Assembly: GCA_036170915.1 (NCBI GenBank)
Contig: JAVHQC010000033.1
Location: 128,001-192,000 of the forward strand
DNA: 64,000 nucleotides
From: Cyanobacteria bacterium auto_48_18
Lineage (GTDB): Bacteria > Cyanobacteriota > Vampirovibrionia > Obscuribacterales > Obscuribacteraceae
Reading direction: 5' to 3'
Shown here: positions 29,657 through 37,517 of the stretch, in pieces
Layout: every line of letters starts with the position of its first letter
Numbering within the stretch: position 1 is the first letter of the stretch
Position numbers and translations under genes: made by a program
The notes under the pieces: model-generated
What the model saw: only the letters and a program-made list of their open reading frames with translations
Told to the model about the DNA's origin: nothing
Database searches by the model: none

Positions 29657-31153
29657 ATGGCCAAGGCGAAAACGCGCTGGGTTTGCCAGCAATGCGGCTT
29701 TCAGACTTCGCGCTCAATGGGCCGTTGTACTGAGTGTGGCAACTGGAATTCTTTTGTAGAAGAGCTGGCACCTGAAGATGACGCTGCTAAGAAAGGCTTT
29801 GCCGCCAGGCTTTCAAATGTGGCAACCGGCCCATCAACTGCCAATAAAGCGTTACCTTTATCAGAAATAAACACTGATGAATCTGGCCGCTTGGTCACCG
29901 GAATGGCAGGCCTAGACGAGGTTTTGGGCGGTGGCCTAATGCCTGGGTCAGTCATTTTAATTGCAGGCGATCCGGGTGTTGGCAAGTCGACGCTGCTCAT
30001 GCAAGTAGCAAAGAATCTTTCTCAACACAGCCAAATCTTGTACATTACAGGTGAAGAATCGGCCGCTCAAGTCAGGCTTAGAGCCGGTCGGCTTGGAGTT
30101 GACTCAGATAATGTGTTGGTTGCCTCAGAGCAAAATGTAGTCAACGCAGCCGAGATGATGCTGTCGAGTGATGCTGCCGTATGCGTGGTTGATAGTATTC
30201 AATCGGTCTATCACCCTGAAATTGCCAGCGCCGCAGGCTCAGTTAGCCAGGTGAGAGAAGGCACACAACTTTTGATTCACGCTGCTAAGCGCAAAAATAT
30301 TGCCACCATTCTTGTCGGTCACGTGACTAAAGAAGGCACCATCGCCGGGCCTCGCGTGCTTGAACACATGGTTGATGTGGTTCTGCAGTTCGAAGGCGAT
30401 CGCACCAGGCAACTGAGAATATTGCGTGCAGTTAAAAATCGCTTTGGCTCAACTGCTGAGTTGGCAATTTTTTCAATGTCTGAAGACGGTCTCAAAGAAG
30501 TTGATAATCCGAGCGCTTTATTCCTGGGCGATAGATTATCTAAAGTCGGCCAAAAGCAGGCACCATCAGGAACGGCGGTGATTGCCGGCGGAGAAGGTAG
30601 CCGCAGTTTGTTGCTCGAAGTACAGGCCTTGACCGTTTCTACCCCTAACCCGTCGCCCAGGCGCGTGGTCAACGGTTGGGATTATAATCGTCTATTGCAA
30701 CTCGTGGCGGTCTTAGACAAAAGGTCGGGCCTGCACTTGGCTCGACTTGATGTTTACGTCAACATTGTGGGCGGCCTCGACTTCAACGATCCTGCAGGCG
30801 ACCTGGGAATTGCTCTGGCAATAGCCACTTCTTTTCTCGACCGATCGATTGATCCTGGCCTGGTAGCCGTGGGTGAAGTAGGATTAACTGGAGAGATTCG
30901 CCCTGTTCTCAATCTCGGGCAACGATTGAAAGAGGCTTCTCGCCTTGGTTTTAAAAAGGCACTTGTGCCTAAAGCTTCATTGCCGCTGAATTCTGCACCG
31001 AAGGGTATGGAAATAATTGGAGTCGAAACCATATCTGAAGCATTGCAAAAAGCTATGCCCAACTTGAATTTTGTCAAAAAACCCGACAGCACTGAACGAG
31101 CACCTGGAAGCCGAGCCGAAAATTTAGAAGATGAAAGCGTATTCTCCATCTGA
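29657..31153 (+). CDS. radA: DNA repair protein RadA/Sms
   Basis: C4 zinc finger, GDPGVGKST, KNRFG, Lon-like C-terminus. Confidence 0.97.
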   Translation: MAKAKTRWVCQQCGFQTSRSMGRCTECGNWNSFVEELAPEDDAAKKGFAARLSNVATGPSTANKALPLSEINTDESGRLVTGMAGLDEVLGGGLMPGSVILIAGDPGVGKSTLLMQVAKNLSQHSQILYITGEESAAQVRLRAGRLGVDSDNVLVASEQNVVNAAEMMLSSDAAVCVVDSIQSVYHPEIASAAGSVSQVREGTQLLIHAAKRKNIATILVGHVTKEGTIAGPRVLEHMVDVVLQFEGDRTRQLRILRAVKNRFGSTAELAIFSMSEDGLKEVDNPSALFLGDRLSKVGQKQAPSGTAVIAGGEGSRSLLLEVQALTVSTPNPSPRRVVNGWDYNRLLQLVAVLDKRSGLHLARLDVYVNIVGGLDFNDPAGDLGIALAIATSFLDRSIDPGLVAVGEVGLTGEIRPVLNLGQRLKEASRLGFKKALVPKASLPLNSAPKGMEIIGVETISEALQKAMPNLNFVKKPDSTERAPGSRAENLEDESVFSI

Positions 31154-33176
31154 GCAGCTAGTTAAACAACTAGCGGGGTTGCCTGACAGCCCCGGTTGCT
31201 ACATTTTTAAAGACAATCTCGGCGATATTCTCTACATCGGTAAAGCCTTGAGCCTGCGTTCGCGCGTGCGCTCTTACTGGACCGATATCTCGTGGCGCGA
31301 TCGTCCTAAGCTCGCAGTAATGATGCCAAAGGTTTCATTGATTGAAACCATTTTGACTAATTCTGAAAAAGAAGCGTTGCTCTTAGAAGCCAATTTAATT
31401 CGGCAGAAACTTCCTCGCTACAATGTTTCGCTTAAAGACGATAGACGATATCCGTGGCTTGCCATCACATATGATGTCGCTTATCCACGTCTTGTAATGT
31501 GTCGCGATCCGGTTCGTTTTAAAAAAGATAATCCGCGCGCCAAAGTTTTTGGACCTTACGTAGAAGCCGGTCAGATGTGGGAAACCATGCGCATTTTGCG
31601 TCGCGTTTTTCCTATGCGGCAGCGCAAAACACCGTTATTTAAAGATCGTCCCTGCATGAATTTTCACATCGGCTTGTGCCTGGCACCATGTCAAAAAATG
31701 GTTGAGGTCGCCTCCTATGATCATATGGTCAAACAGGTAGAAATGTTTCTGGCTGGTCGCCAAACTGAAGTAATGGATCAACTCAAAGCTGAGATGGACA
31801 CAGCCAGCGAGAATCTTGAATTTGAACAAGCGGGAAAAATCAGAGATCGACTGGTGGCATTGCGTACAGTCATAGAAAAACAGCAGGTATTTTTCCAGAG
31901 CAATAAAATTAGCCATGACATTGTTGCTGAAGCGCACACTGAAAAAATGATGTCTGTGTGCTTGATGAAAGTACGAGAAGGGAAACTGATTGCCTCTGAA
32001 ACTTTCGCACTACCACTCTTAGAGAAAACGTCTTGGGATGAGGCTTTTCAGGCCTTTGTTGACCAGTATTACACTGCTTGTGAAGACGTGGCCATTCCAC
32101 AGACTATTCTTTTGCAACACGAACTTAGTGATATTGACGTATTGCGTGAATATGTCAGTGGCAAAGCTGAAATGGCAGTAAAGGTGCTGGTACCGCAGCG
32201 TGGTGGCAAAAACGATCTGATCGACATGGCCGTTAAAAATGCTGAACACTCTCTAGGCCAAGAAATAAATCGCGTAACTGAAATTGACGTCAAAGTGCAG
32301 CGCACACTTACGTCGCTTAAAGAGGCATTGGGAATCGACAAATTGCCCAATCGCATTGAATGCTTTGACATATCAAATATCTCTGGAACTGATAACGTTG
32401 CCAGCATGGTTTCTTTTGAAAGCGCCAAACCAAAAAAATCTGAATATCGCATGTTCAAAATTCAGAGTGTCGAAGGCGAACCAAATGACTTTGCTTCGAT
32501 GAAGGAAGCCGTGGGTAGACGTTATTCGAGGCTCTTGCGCGAGAATAAACCTTTTCCTGATTTGATTATTATCGACGGTGGAAAAGGGCAATTAAGTGCT
32601 GCTATGGAAGCCTTAAGTGCGCTTGATGTGAGCGAGCACCAGTTTTCAATTGTTGGCCTGGCAAAAAAGCAAGAAGAGATTTATTTTCCTAATCGCTCTA
32701 CGCCGGTTTATGTGCCCAGGCGTTCAGAGGCCTTGCATTTGCTTCAGGCCGTGCGCGACGAAGCTCACCGTTTTGCCGTCACTTTCCATCGTAAGCTGAG
32801 AGCGAAGCGTGTTATATCGTCTCAGCTTGATGCCCTTAAGGGTCTAGGGGCAGCCAGACGCAAAAAACTGATCGATCATTTTGGTTCGTTTGAAAAAATC
32901 AAAGTTGCCACACTTGCTGAAATTGAAGCATGCCCTGGCGTTCCTAAAAAGCTGGCACTGGAGCTTTTTAATTTCATGACCGACTTAAAGAGCAAACCCA
33001 CAGTCAAACCGCAGATAGTGGTAGGTATGGTGGCAGAAGAAGTCTCGGCGCAGGAATATCAAGCTGATGTCGAATCGGAAGCTAAAAATCTTGTCGAAGA
33101 AGGCTATGAGGAAGAGTTCGACGCAGAAGACGTAGAGCCTGATGAGGAGCATCTGCCGCAGCCAGATGACGAGTAA
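31131..33176 (+). CDS. uvrC: Excinuclease ABC subunit C
   Basis: GIY-YIG (PGCY...YIGKA), RIECFDISN, IIDGGKGQL, RDEAHRFA, HhH; acidic tail. Confidence 0.97.
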   Translation: MKAYSPSEQLVKQLAGLPDSPGCYIFKDNLGDILYIGKALSLRSRVRSYWTDISWRDRPKLAVMMPKVSLIETILTNSEKEALLLEANLIRQKLPRYNVSLKDDRRYPWLAITYDVAYPRLVMCRDPVRFKKDNPRAKVFGPYVEAGQMWETMRILRRVFPMRQRKTPLFKDRPCMNFHIGLCLAPCQKMVEVASYDHMVKQVEMFLAGRQTEVMDQLKAEMDTASENLEFEQAGKIRDRLVALRTVIEKQQVFFQSNKISHDIVAEAHTEKMMSVCLMKVREGKLIASETFALPLLEKTSWDEAFQAFVDQYYTACEDVAIPQTILLQHELSDIDVLREYVSGKAEMAVKVLVPQRGGKNDLIDMAVKNAEHSLGQEINRVTEIDVKVQRTLTSLKEALGIDKLPNRIECFDISNISGTDNVASMVSFESAKPKKSEYRMFKIQSVEGEPNDFASMKEAVGRRYSRLLRENKPFPDLIIIDGGKGQLSAAMEALSALDVSEHQFSIVGLAKKQEEIYFPNRSTPVYVPRRSEALHLLQAVRDEAHRFAVTFHRKLRAKRVISSQLDALKGLGAARRKKLIDHFGSFEKIKVATLAEIEACPGVPKKLALELFNFMTDLKSKPTVKPQIVVGMVAEEVSAQEYQADVESEAKNLVEEGYEEEFDAEDVEPDEEHLPQPDDE

Positions 33177-33444
33177 GTAAGTCGGTAAGTAAGTCGGCAA
33201 GTAGCGATAGTCTAGCTGGCTTATGAGCACTTTTGGGCTAGAGAAATGCTTGCACCAGAAATGGTGGCAATGATTTTCTGTTCACCCGCCTGGCTTTGCG
33301 GCCTCATCTGTGCACAGGCTTATAGATACAGGTGCTTTGAGTCGAGCAAATTTTTATATGAGCTGTCATAGTATTAGCAGCATTCGGCGTTAAAAGTCAC
33401 TCCCAGATGACCGTCAGGTGTCCTTAACCTACTGGAGCAGGGCT

Positions 33445-34185
33445 ATGTCATCTTATGAGAAGCGCAATTTACTATTGCGCAGTTTACCGACGCATATTGC
33501 TGAAGAAATTTGTACTGCTGGTCGAGTAGTTCCTTTAGAGTTGCGTGAACAACTAACCAGACCGGGCAGTCCGCAAAATTATGTTTATTTTCCTGAAACA
33601 GGTGCAATATCGCTGTTTATTCCAATGGATGACGGTTCACTAGTAGAGATCGCCACCATCGGCTATGAAGGAATGGTTGGGCTATCGCAGGTTTATGGAG
33701 TCTCCTCAGTAGCAGATATCTGCTTGTGTCCCATAGCTGGCTCAGCTTTGCGCCTTGAGTCAGATCGATTTCTCAGCTTGGTGGAGCAGTATCCAGAGCT
33801 GAAGCTGCTCTGTGAGCGCTATAGCATGACTCTTTTTAATCAGGTTGCCAGAATACTGGGTTGCAACCGTACTCACAGTGTCGAGCAACGCTGCGCCAGC
33901 TGGCTTTTACTCGCTTACGAGCGCAGCAATTATTTGCCCTTTGTTCTGACTCAAGAGTATTTGGCATTGTTGCTTGGAGTTTCGCGTACGGGTATTAATC
34001 AGGCGGCGGGAAATCTTTCTAAAGCTCGCTTAATTAGCTATGTGCGAGGGCGCATCAATGTGCTCGACGTTAAAGGTCTCGAGAAAGTGTGTTGTGGGTG
34101 TTATAGTTCCGTCAGGCAGTACTACAAGACAGTGATGCAACCTACTCCAATAAGTAATCCTGGGAGCCACTTGAGGCTAATTTAA
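33445..34185 (+). CDS. Crp/Fnr-family transcriptional regulator
   Basis: VYFPETG, EIATIGYEGMVG, HSVEQRCASWLL, LTQEYLALLLGVSR HTH. Confidence 0.9.
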   Translation: MSSYEKRNLLLRSLPTHIAEEICTAGRVVPLELREQLTRPGSPQNYVYFPETGAISLFIPMDDGSLVEIATIGYEGMVGLSQVYGVSSVADICLCPIAGSALRLESDRFLSLVEQYPELKLLCERYSMTLFNQVARILGCNRTHSVEQRCASWLLLAYERSNYLPFVLTQEYLALLLGVSRTGINQAAGNLSKARLISYVRGRINVLDVKGLEKVCCGCYSSVRQYYKTVMQPTPISNPGSHLRLI

Positions 34186-34277
34186 ATCTCTAGTTTGTCG
34201 TGGGCGCTAGGTTTTCTTTGCTATTATGCATGCGATCTAGAAACACTTATCTTGGTCGACGGAACACGGCAATTAAT

Positions 34278-35012
34278 ATGCTCGACAATCATTACGCCAA
34301 TTCTAAGCTCGCTGAACTTTATGATTTTGATAGCGGATGGTCTAGCGATAGAGATTTCTATTTATCGCTCGCCGAATCTCAGCCTCAAATGATTTTAGAT
34401 CTCGGCTGTGGAACGGGCCTTCTTTGTAGTGCCTATGCGGGTAACGGTCATCAAGTTACTGGCGTTGATCCGTCGTCTGCCATGCTTGAAATCGCACGCA
34501 GAAAACCACATGGAGACAAAATTGAGTGGGTACAGTCCACTGCCCAGAGTTATAGGTCTGGCAAACTTTTTGATCTAATAATTATGACCGGTCACGCCTT
34601 CCAGGTCTTATTGAAAGACGCTGATATTCTAGAAACTTTTTCGACAATGCAGAAGCACCTGAAGCCAGGTGGTACTGTAGTTTTCGAATCTCGTAACCCC
34701 TTAATTGATTGGCAGAATGAATGGGACTACGAGATGGTAATTGATTTGCCAAAAGGAAAGGTTACAGAGTCAAGGCGATTTCTCGCGATGAATAGCGATT
34801 TGATGAAATTCGAATTGCGATACCAGTTTTCTGATGAGACTTTGATTTCTAAAAGTGAGCTTCGATTTTTGTCACAAGACGAAATCAATAAGCGCTTAAG
34901 TGCATCAGGCCTGAGTTGCAACAAAGTGTTGGGCGGCTGGGATGGTCGTCACTTTGACGAATCTTGCCGAGAGATGATTTTCATTGTCCATACAAGAACT
35001 AATTTAATTTGA
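34278..35012 (+). CDS. Class I SAM-dependent methyltransferase
   Basis: ILDLGCGTG, GVDPSSAML, FDLIIMTGHAFQ, HLKPGG. Confidence 0.9.
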   Translation: MLDNHYANSKLAELYDFDSGWSSDRDFYLSLAESQPQMILDLGCGTGLLCSAYAGNGHQVTGVDPSSAMLEIARRKPHGDKIEWVQSTAQSYRSGKLFDLIIMTGHAFQVLLKDADILETFSTMQKHLKPGGTVVFESRNPLIDWQNEWDYEMVIDLPKGKVTESRRFLAMNSDLMKFELRYQFSDETLISKSELRFLSQDEINKRLSASGLSCNKVLGGWDGRHFDESCREMIFIVHTRTNLI

Positions 35013-35943
35013 GCTCCCAGTTTTGGCCGGTCAAATGATGCCCAAAGCTGTAATGCTGCTCTTCCAATACCAATTGAAAACCTGCTTGTTCGTAAATTCT
35101 ACGGGCGGAATGAAGAATATCGTTTGTCCATAAAGTCATTTTCTGGTAGCCACGTTGCCTGGCGAATTTTATGCATTCTTGCACCAGGCGGCGACCGATG
35201 CCCAAGCCGCGTGCATGAGGTTCAACGTACAGCAGCCGCAACTTAGCTACTTCGTCGCTCTCTTTAACTACAAAGACGGAGCCAACTATTGCGTCGTTTA
35301 CCTCGGCAATCCAACAGTGTTCTTTTTCTGCATCGAAGTTGAGGATAAATTTGGCCGCTATTTCTGCAATCAGAGCTTCGAATTTTTCATCCCAGTTATA
35401 TTCTTGATTGTAGAGAACGGCCTGACGGTGAATGATCCAACCCATGTCACCAGGTTGGTGTTCTCGCAAGACATAAGCGGCAGTGTTTTTTGTGCGAGAG
35501 CTATCCAAAAGCTGCTGCACCAAATTAATCGCCTGAATAAGTTTATTCTGCTCATCTAGTGAGAGTGGCTTCAACATCGCCGCCACTTCTTTCTCTGACC
35601 GTGCATTGAGAGGCTCAAAAGCTGCGCGGCCCTTGTCAGTGAGCGACAGAATGTGCTGCCGGGCATCTTGTGCCGATGGTGATTTGGCAATTAATTTTTG
35701 TTTTTGGAAAGCGCTTAGTATCCGACTTAAATAACCGGGATCAATAGAGAGGTCTCGACACAAATCGCTGGCAGTTAAATTTTGACCGTGATAAAGCTCG
35801 TACAAAATTCTTACTTCAGTTAATGAAAATTGACTTTCTAATAATCCTTCATGCAGCACACCAATTTTTTGTGTGTAAAAACGATTAAATTCTCTAACTG
35901 TGGCCACACGCTTGTGTAGATCACTCTTCTTCAGGCTGGGCAT
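34999..35943 (-). CDS. MarR-HTH plus GNAT acetyltransferase fusion
   Basis: VREFNRFYT, SLTEVRILYEL, PGDMGWI, AKLRLLYVEPHARGLGIG. Confidence 0.92.
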   Translation of the reverse strand: MPSLKKSDLHKRVATVREFNRFYTQKIGVLHEGLLESQFSLTEVRILYELYHGQNLTASDLCRDLSIDPGYLSRILSAFQKQKLIAKSPSAQDARQHILSLTDKGRAAFEPLNARSEKEVAAMLKPLSLDEQNKLIQAINLVQQLLDSSRTKNTAAYVLREHQPGDMGWIIHRQAVLYNQEYNWDEKFEALIAEIAAKFILNFDAEKEHCWIAEVNDAIVGSVFVVKESDEVAKLRLLYVEPHARGLGIGRRLVQECIKFARQRGYQKMTLWTNDILHSARRIYEQAGFQLVLEEQHYSFGHHLTGQNWELKLN

Positions 35944-36079
35944 GCCTTGAAACCTCAAACCGATAAGGTTGATATTGTCAACGAAATTAGTTGACTTTGT
36001 CAACTATCTCCCTAAATTCTCTACGCTGTTAGTTAGCAGCTATACATCTATTTCTCTATTTATGCGGTTTGAGTGCTAT

Positions 36080-36107
36080 TTGCACATTTGCAAACACGTG
36101 CTATATT
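36080..36107 (+). promoter_or_regulatory. Sigma70-like promoter, tRNA module 1
   Basis: TTGCAC-16 nt-TATATT with extended TG, 14 nt before tRNA-Gly. Confidence 0.55.
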
Positions 36108-36121
36108 GAAAAAACGTTGAT

Positions 36122-36195
36122 GCGGATTTGGCACATTGGTTGTGCACTAGTCTTCCAAACTAGCGAAAAGAGTTCGATTCTCTTATTCCGCTCCA
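36122..36195 (+). tRNA. tRNA-Gly(TCC)
   Basis: Cloverleaf: GCGGATT/ATTCCGC, CTAGT-CTTCCAA-ACTAG, TTCGATT loop, T73, CCA. Confidence 0.92.
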
Positions 36196-36201
36196 TTTTT
36201 A

Positions 36202-36305
36202 GGTGAATGAAATGAGTTCAGTGATTCGGGTAATGAAACGTAATTATGGCAGACCTTATATGTCTGCTGATCGTTTTGTCACACCCGTTTTGGATTCTAA
36301 TCACC
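36202..36305 (+). ncRNA. Putative structured leader RNA, copy 1
   Basis: Nested pairings GGTGA/TCACC, GAGTTC/GGATTC, CGGGT/ACCCG, GAAACG/CGTTTT, GGCAGAC/GTCTGCT; ATG follows at 36306. Confidence 0.55.
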
Positions 36306-36390
36306 ATGTTTCAACAAGTACAACCATTCCGAAGACCACGTCTACCAGAGCTTAAAGCTTGGTGCTCTGGTTCGTTCGGAGAAAAAACAC

Positions 36391-36466
36391 GCCCATGTAG
36401 CTCAAAAGCAGAGCATTCGCCTTGTAAGCGAGAGGTAGCGGGAGCATTACCACGCCTTGGGCTCCA
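36391..36466 (+). tRNA. tRNA-Thr(TGT), atypical T-arm
   Basis: GCCCATG/CTTGGGC, TTCGC-CTTGTAA-GCGAG, T-loop AGCATTA, CCA. Confidence 0.8.
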
Positions 36467-36488
36467 TTTTTCTCCAATTCAAAAATTT

Positions 36489-36560
36489 GCGCACGTGGTC
36501 TACTGGATGGGCACCGTTCTTCTAAAGCGGCTTAAGCAAGTTCGATTCTTGCCGTGCGTG
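36489..36560 (+). tRNA. tRNA-Arg(TCT)
   Basis: GCGCACG/CGTGCGT, CCGTT-CTTCTAA-AGCGG, GCAAG-TTCGATT-CTTGC; no encoded CCA. Confidence 0.88.
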
Positions 36561-36584
36561 AGTTTTGTACAAGGAGATTTTTTT

Positions 36585-36657
36585 AGATCGCTAGTTCAAT
36601 TGGTTAGAATCCTGACTCTTAATCAGCGAGATCCAAGTTCGATCCTTGGGCGGTCTA
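36585..36657 (+). tRNA. tRNA-Lys(CTT)
   Basis: AGATCGC/GCGGTCT, CTGA-CTCTTAA-TCAG, CCAAG-TTCGATC-CTTGG. Confidence 0.87.
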
Positions 36658-36668
36658 TTGTTGTTTTG

Positions 36669-36740
36669 CCTCTGATAGCACAATGGCGGTGCAGCTCTTT
36701 TACACAGAGATGGTTCTACGTTCAAGTCGTAGTCAGAGGA
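36669..36740 (+). tRNA. tRNA-Val(TAC)
   Basis: CCTCTGA/TCAGAGG, CTCT-TTTACAC-AGAG, CTACG-TTCAAGT-CGTAG. Confidence 0.87.
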
Positions 36741-36744
36741 CTAA

Positions 36745-36819
36745 TGCGTTATAGCTCAGTGGTAGAGCGGTCGCCTGTTAAGCGAATGATCCCTGGTTCG
36801 ATCCCAGGTAACGCAGCCA
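36745..36819 (+). tRNA. tRNA-Asn(GTT)
   Basis: TGCGTTA/TAACGCA, TCGC-CTGTTAA-GCGA, canonical D and T arms, G73, CCA. Confidence 0.93.
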
Positions 36820-36822
36820 TTT

Positions 36823-36894
36823 TCCACTGTCGTCTAATAGCAAGACTTCCAGCTCATAACTGGAATAATGTTGGTGCAAATCCAGCTAGTGGAA
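36823..36894 (+). tRNA. tRNA with CAT anticodon (Met or Ile2), atypical T-loop
   Basis: TCCACTG/TAGTGGA, TCCAG-CTCATAA-CTGGA, T-loop TGCAAAT. Confidence 0.82.
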
Positions 36895-36912
36895 TATTCC
36901 AAAAAAAAGTTA

Positions 36913-36942
36913 TTGCGCAGTTTCGCTGCCCTGTGATATGTT
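36913..36942 (+). promoter_or_regulatory. Sigma70-like internal promoter, tRNA module 2
   Basis: A-tract, TTGCGC-18 nt-TATGTT with extended TG, just upstream of hairpin 2. Confidence 0.5.
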
Positions 36943-36964
36943 GAGCAAAGTTGAAGTCAGGAAA

Positions 36965-37076
36965 GTTTCCAATGAAAGCCGTTCTCCAAAATTTGTATAG
37001 CATGAACGATAGACAGCCTCGGGGCTGCTTCTTATCGTTTGTCGTGCCTGTAAATTTCATTGGAGTATTTGGAAAT
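36965..37076 (+). ncRNA. Putative structured leader RNA, copy 2
   Basis: TTTCCAA/TTGGAAA, CTCCAA/TTGGAG, AAATTTGTA/TGTAAATTT, GCATGA/TCGTGC, AACGATAG/TTATCGTT, CAGCC-TCGG-GGCTG; ATG at 37075. Confidence 0.6.
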
Positions 37077-37141
37077 GAGACCAACACAATTAGTTTGCGA
37101 ATTACACCGCCGTCTACCAGAGCATAATGCTGGGTTGATAT

Positions 37142-37216
37142 GGCCGTGTAGTTTAGTGGTAAAACGCGCTCCTGATGAGAGTGTTAGCGATTGTTCGATT
37201 CAATCCATGGCCTCCA
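37142..37216 (+). tRNA. tRNA-Ile(GAT), atypical (G37, T73)
   Basis: GGCCGTG/CATGGCC, CGCTC-CTGATGA-GAGTG, GATTG-TTCGATT-CAATC, TCCA. Confidence 0.85.
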
Positions 37217-37275
37217 TATTCTTTCACCGATGCCGGTGCGGCACCGCAGATGATACCGCATGCTCGCCGGCTTTT

Positions 37276-37347
37276 GCTCCAATAGCCCAATGCAGAGGCA
37301 GCAGATTTAAACCCTGCAAAGTGAGGACTCATGCCCCTCTTGGAGCA
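37276..37347 (+). tRNA. tRNA-Leu(TAA), short variable arm, degenerate T-arm (possibly pseudo-tRNA)
   Basis: GCTCCAA/TTGGAGC, GCAG-ATTTAAACC-CTGC, T-loop CTCATGC. Confidence 0.68.
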
Positions 37348-37350
37348 CTC

Positions 37351-37422
37351 GCCCTATTACCCCAATGTAGAGGGAATAGTTTCAAAAACTATAAAGTCTC
37401 AGTTCGCGCCTGAGATAGGGCA
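37351..37422 (+). tRNA. tRNA-Leu(CAA), short variable arm
   Basis: GCCCTAT/ATAGGGC, ATAGT-TTCAAAA-ACTAT, CTCAG-TTCGCGC-CTGAG. Confidence 0.8.
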
Positions 37423-37425
37423 TTT

Positions 37426-37502
37426 GGTTCTGAAGATAAACCAGCAGAGTCGCCTCGTTGTCAGCGAGGAAATAGCGGGGGCAGCACCCGTCAGAACCGC
37501 CA
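37426..37502 (+). tRNA. tRNA-Asp(GTC), atypical D and T loops
   Basis: GGTTCTG/CAGAACC, CCTCG-TTGTCAG-CGAGG, T-loop GGCAGCA, G73, CCA. Confidence 0.8.
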
Positions 37503-37517
37503 TTTTTTTTGATATAT

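Noticed and set aside
33173..33204. GTAAGTAAGTCG short repeat after uvrC
   Set aside because: Only about 2.5 units; likely slippage.
36339..36360. TCTACCAG resembles the purine riboswitch core
   Set aside because: The other purine riboswitch elements (P1-P3 layout, TATGG and CCGTAAA loops) are missing in both copies.
36246..36944. 232-aa ORF as a conventional protein gene
   Set aside because: It overlaps six clear tRNA cloverleaves and has no protein-like features; kept only as a possible regulatory frame from ATG 36306.
36965..37076. 6S RNA, SRP RNA or Y RNA identity for the long hairpins
   Set aside because: Too short for 6S, no SRP GGAA-loop domain, no Ro60 gene in the window; cannot be assigned without Rfam.
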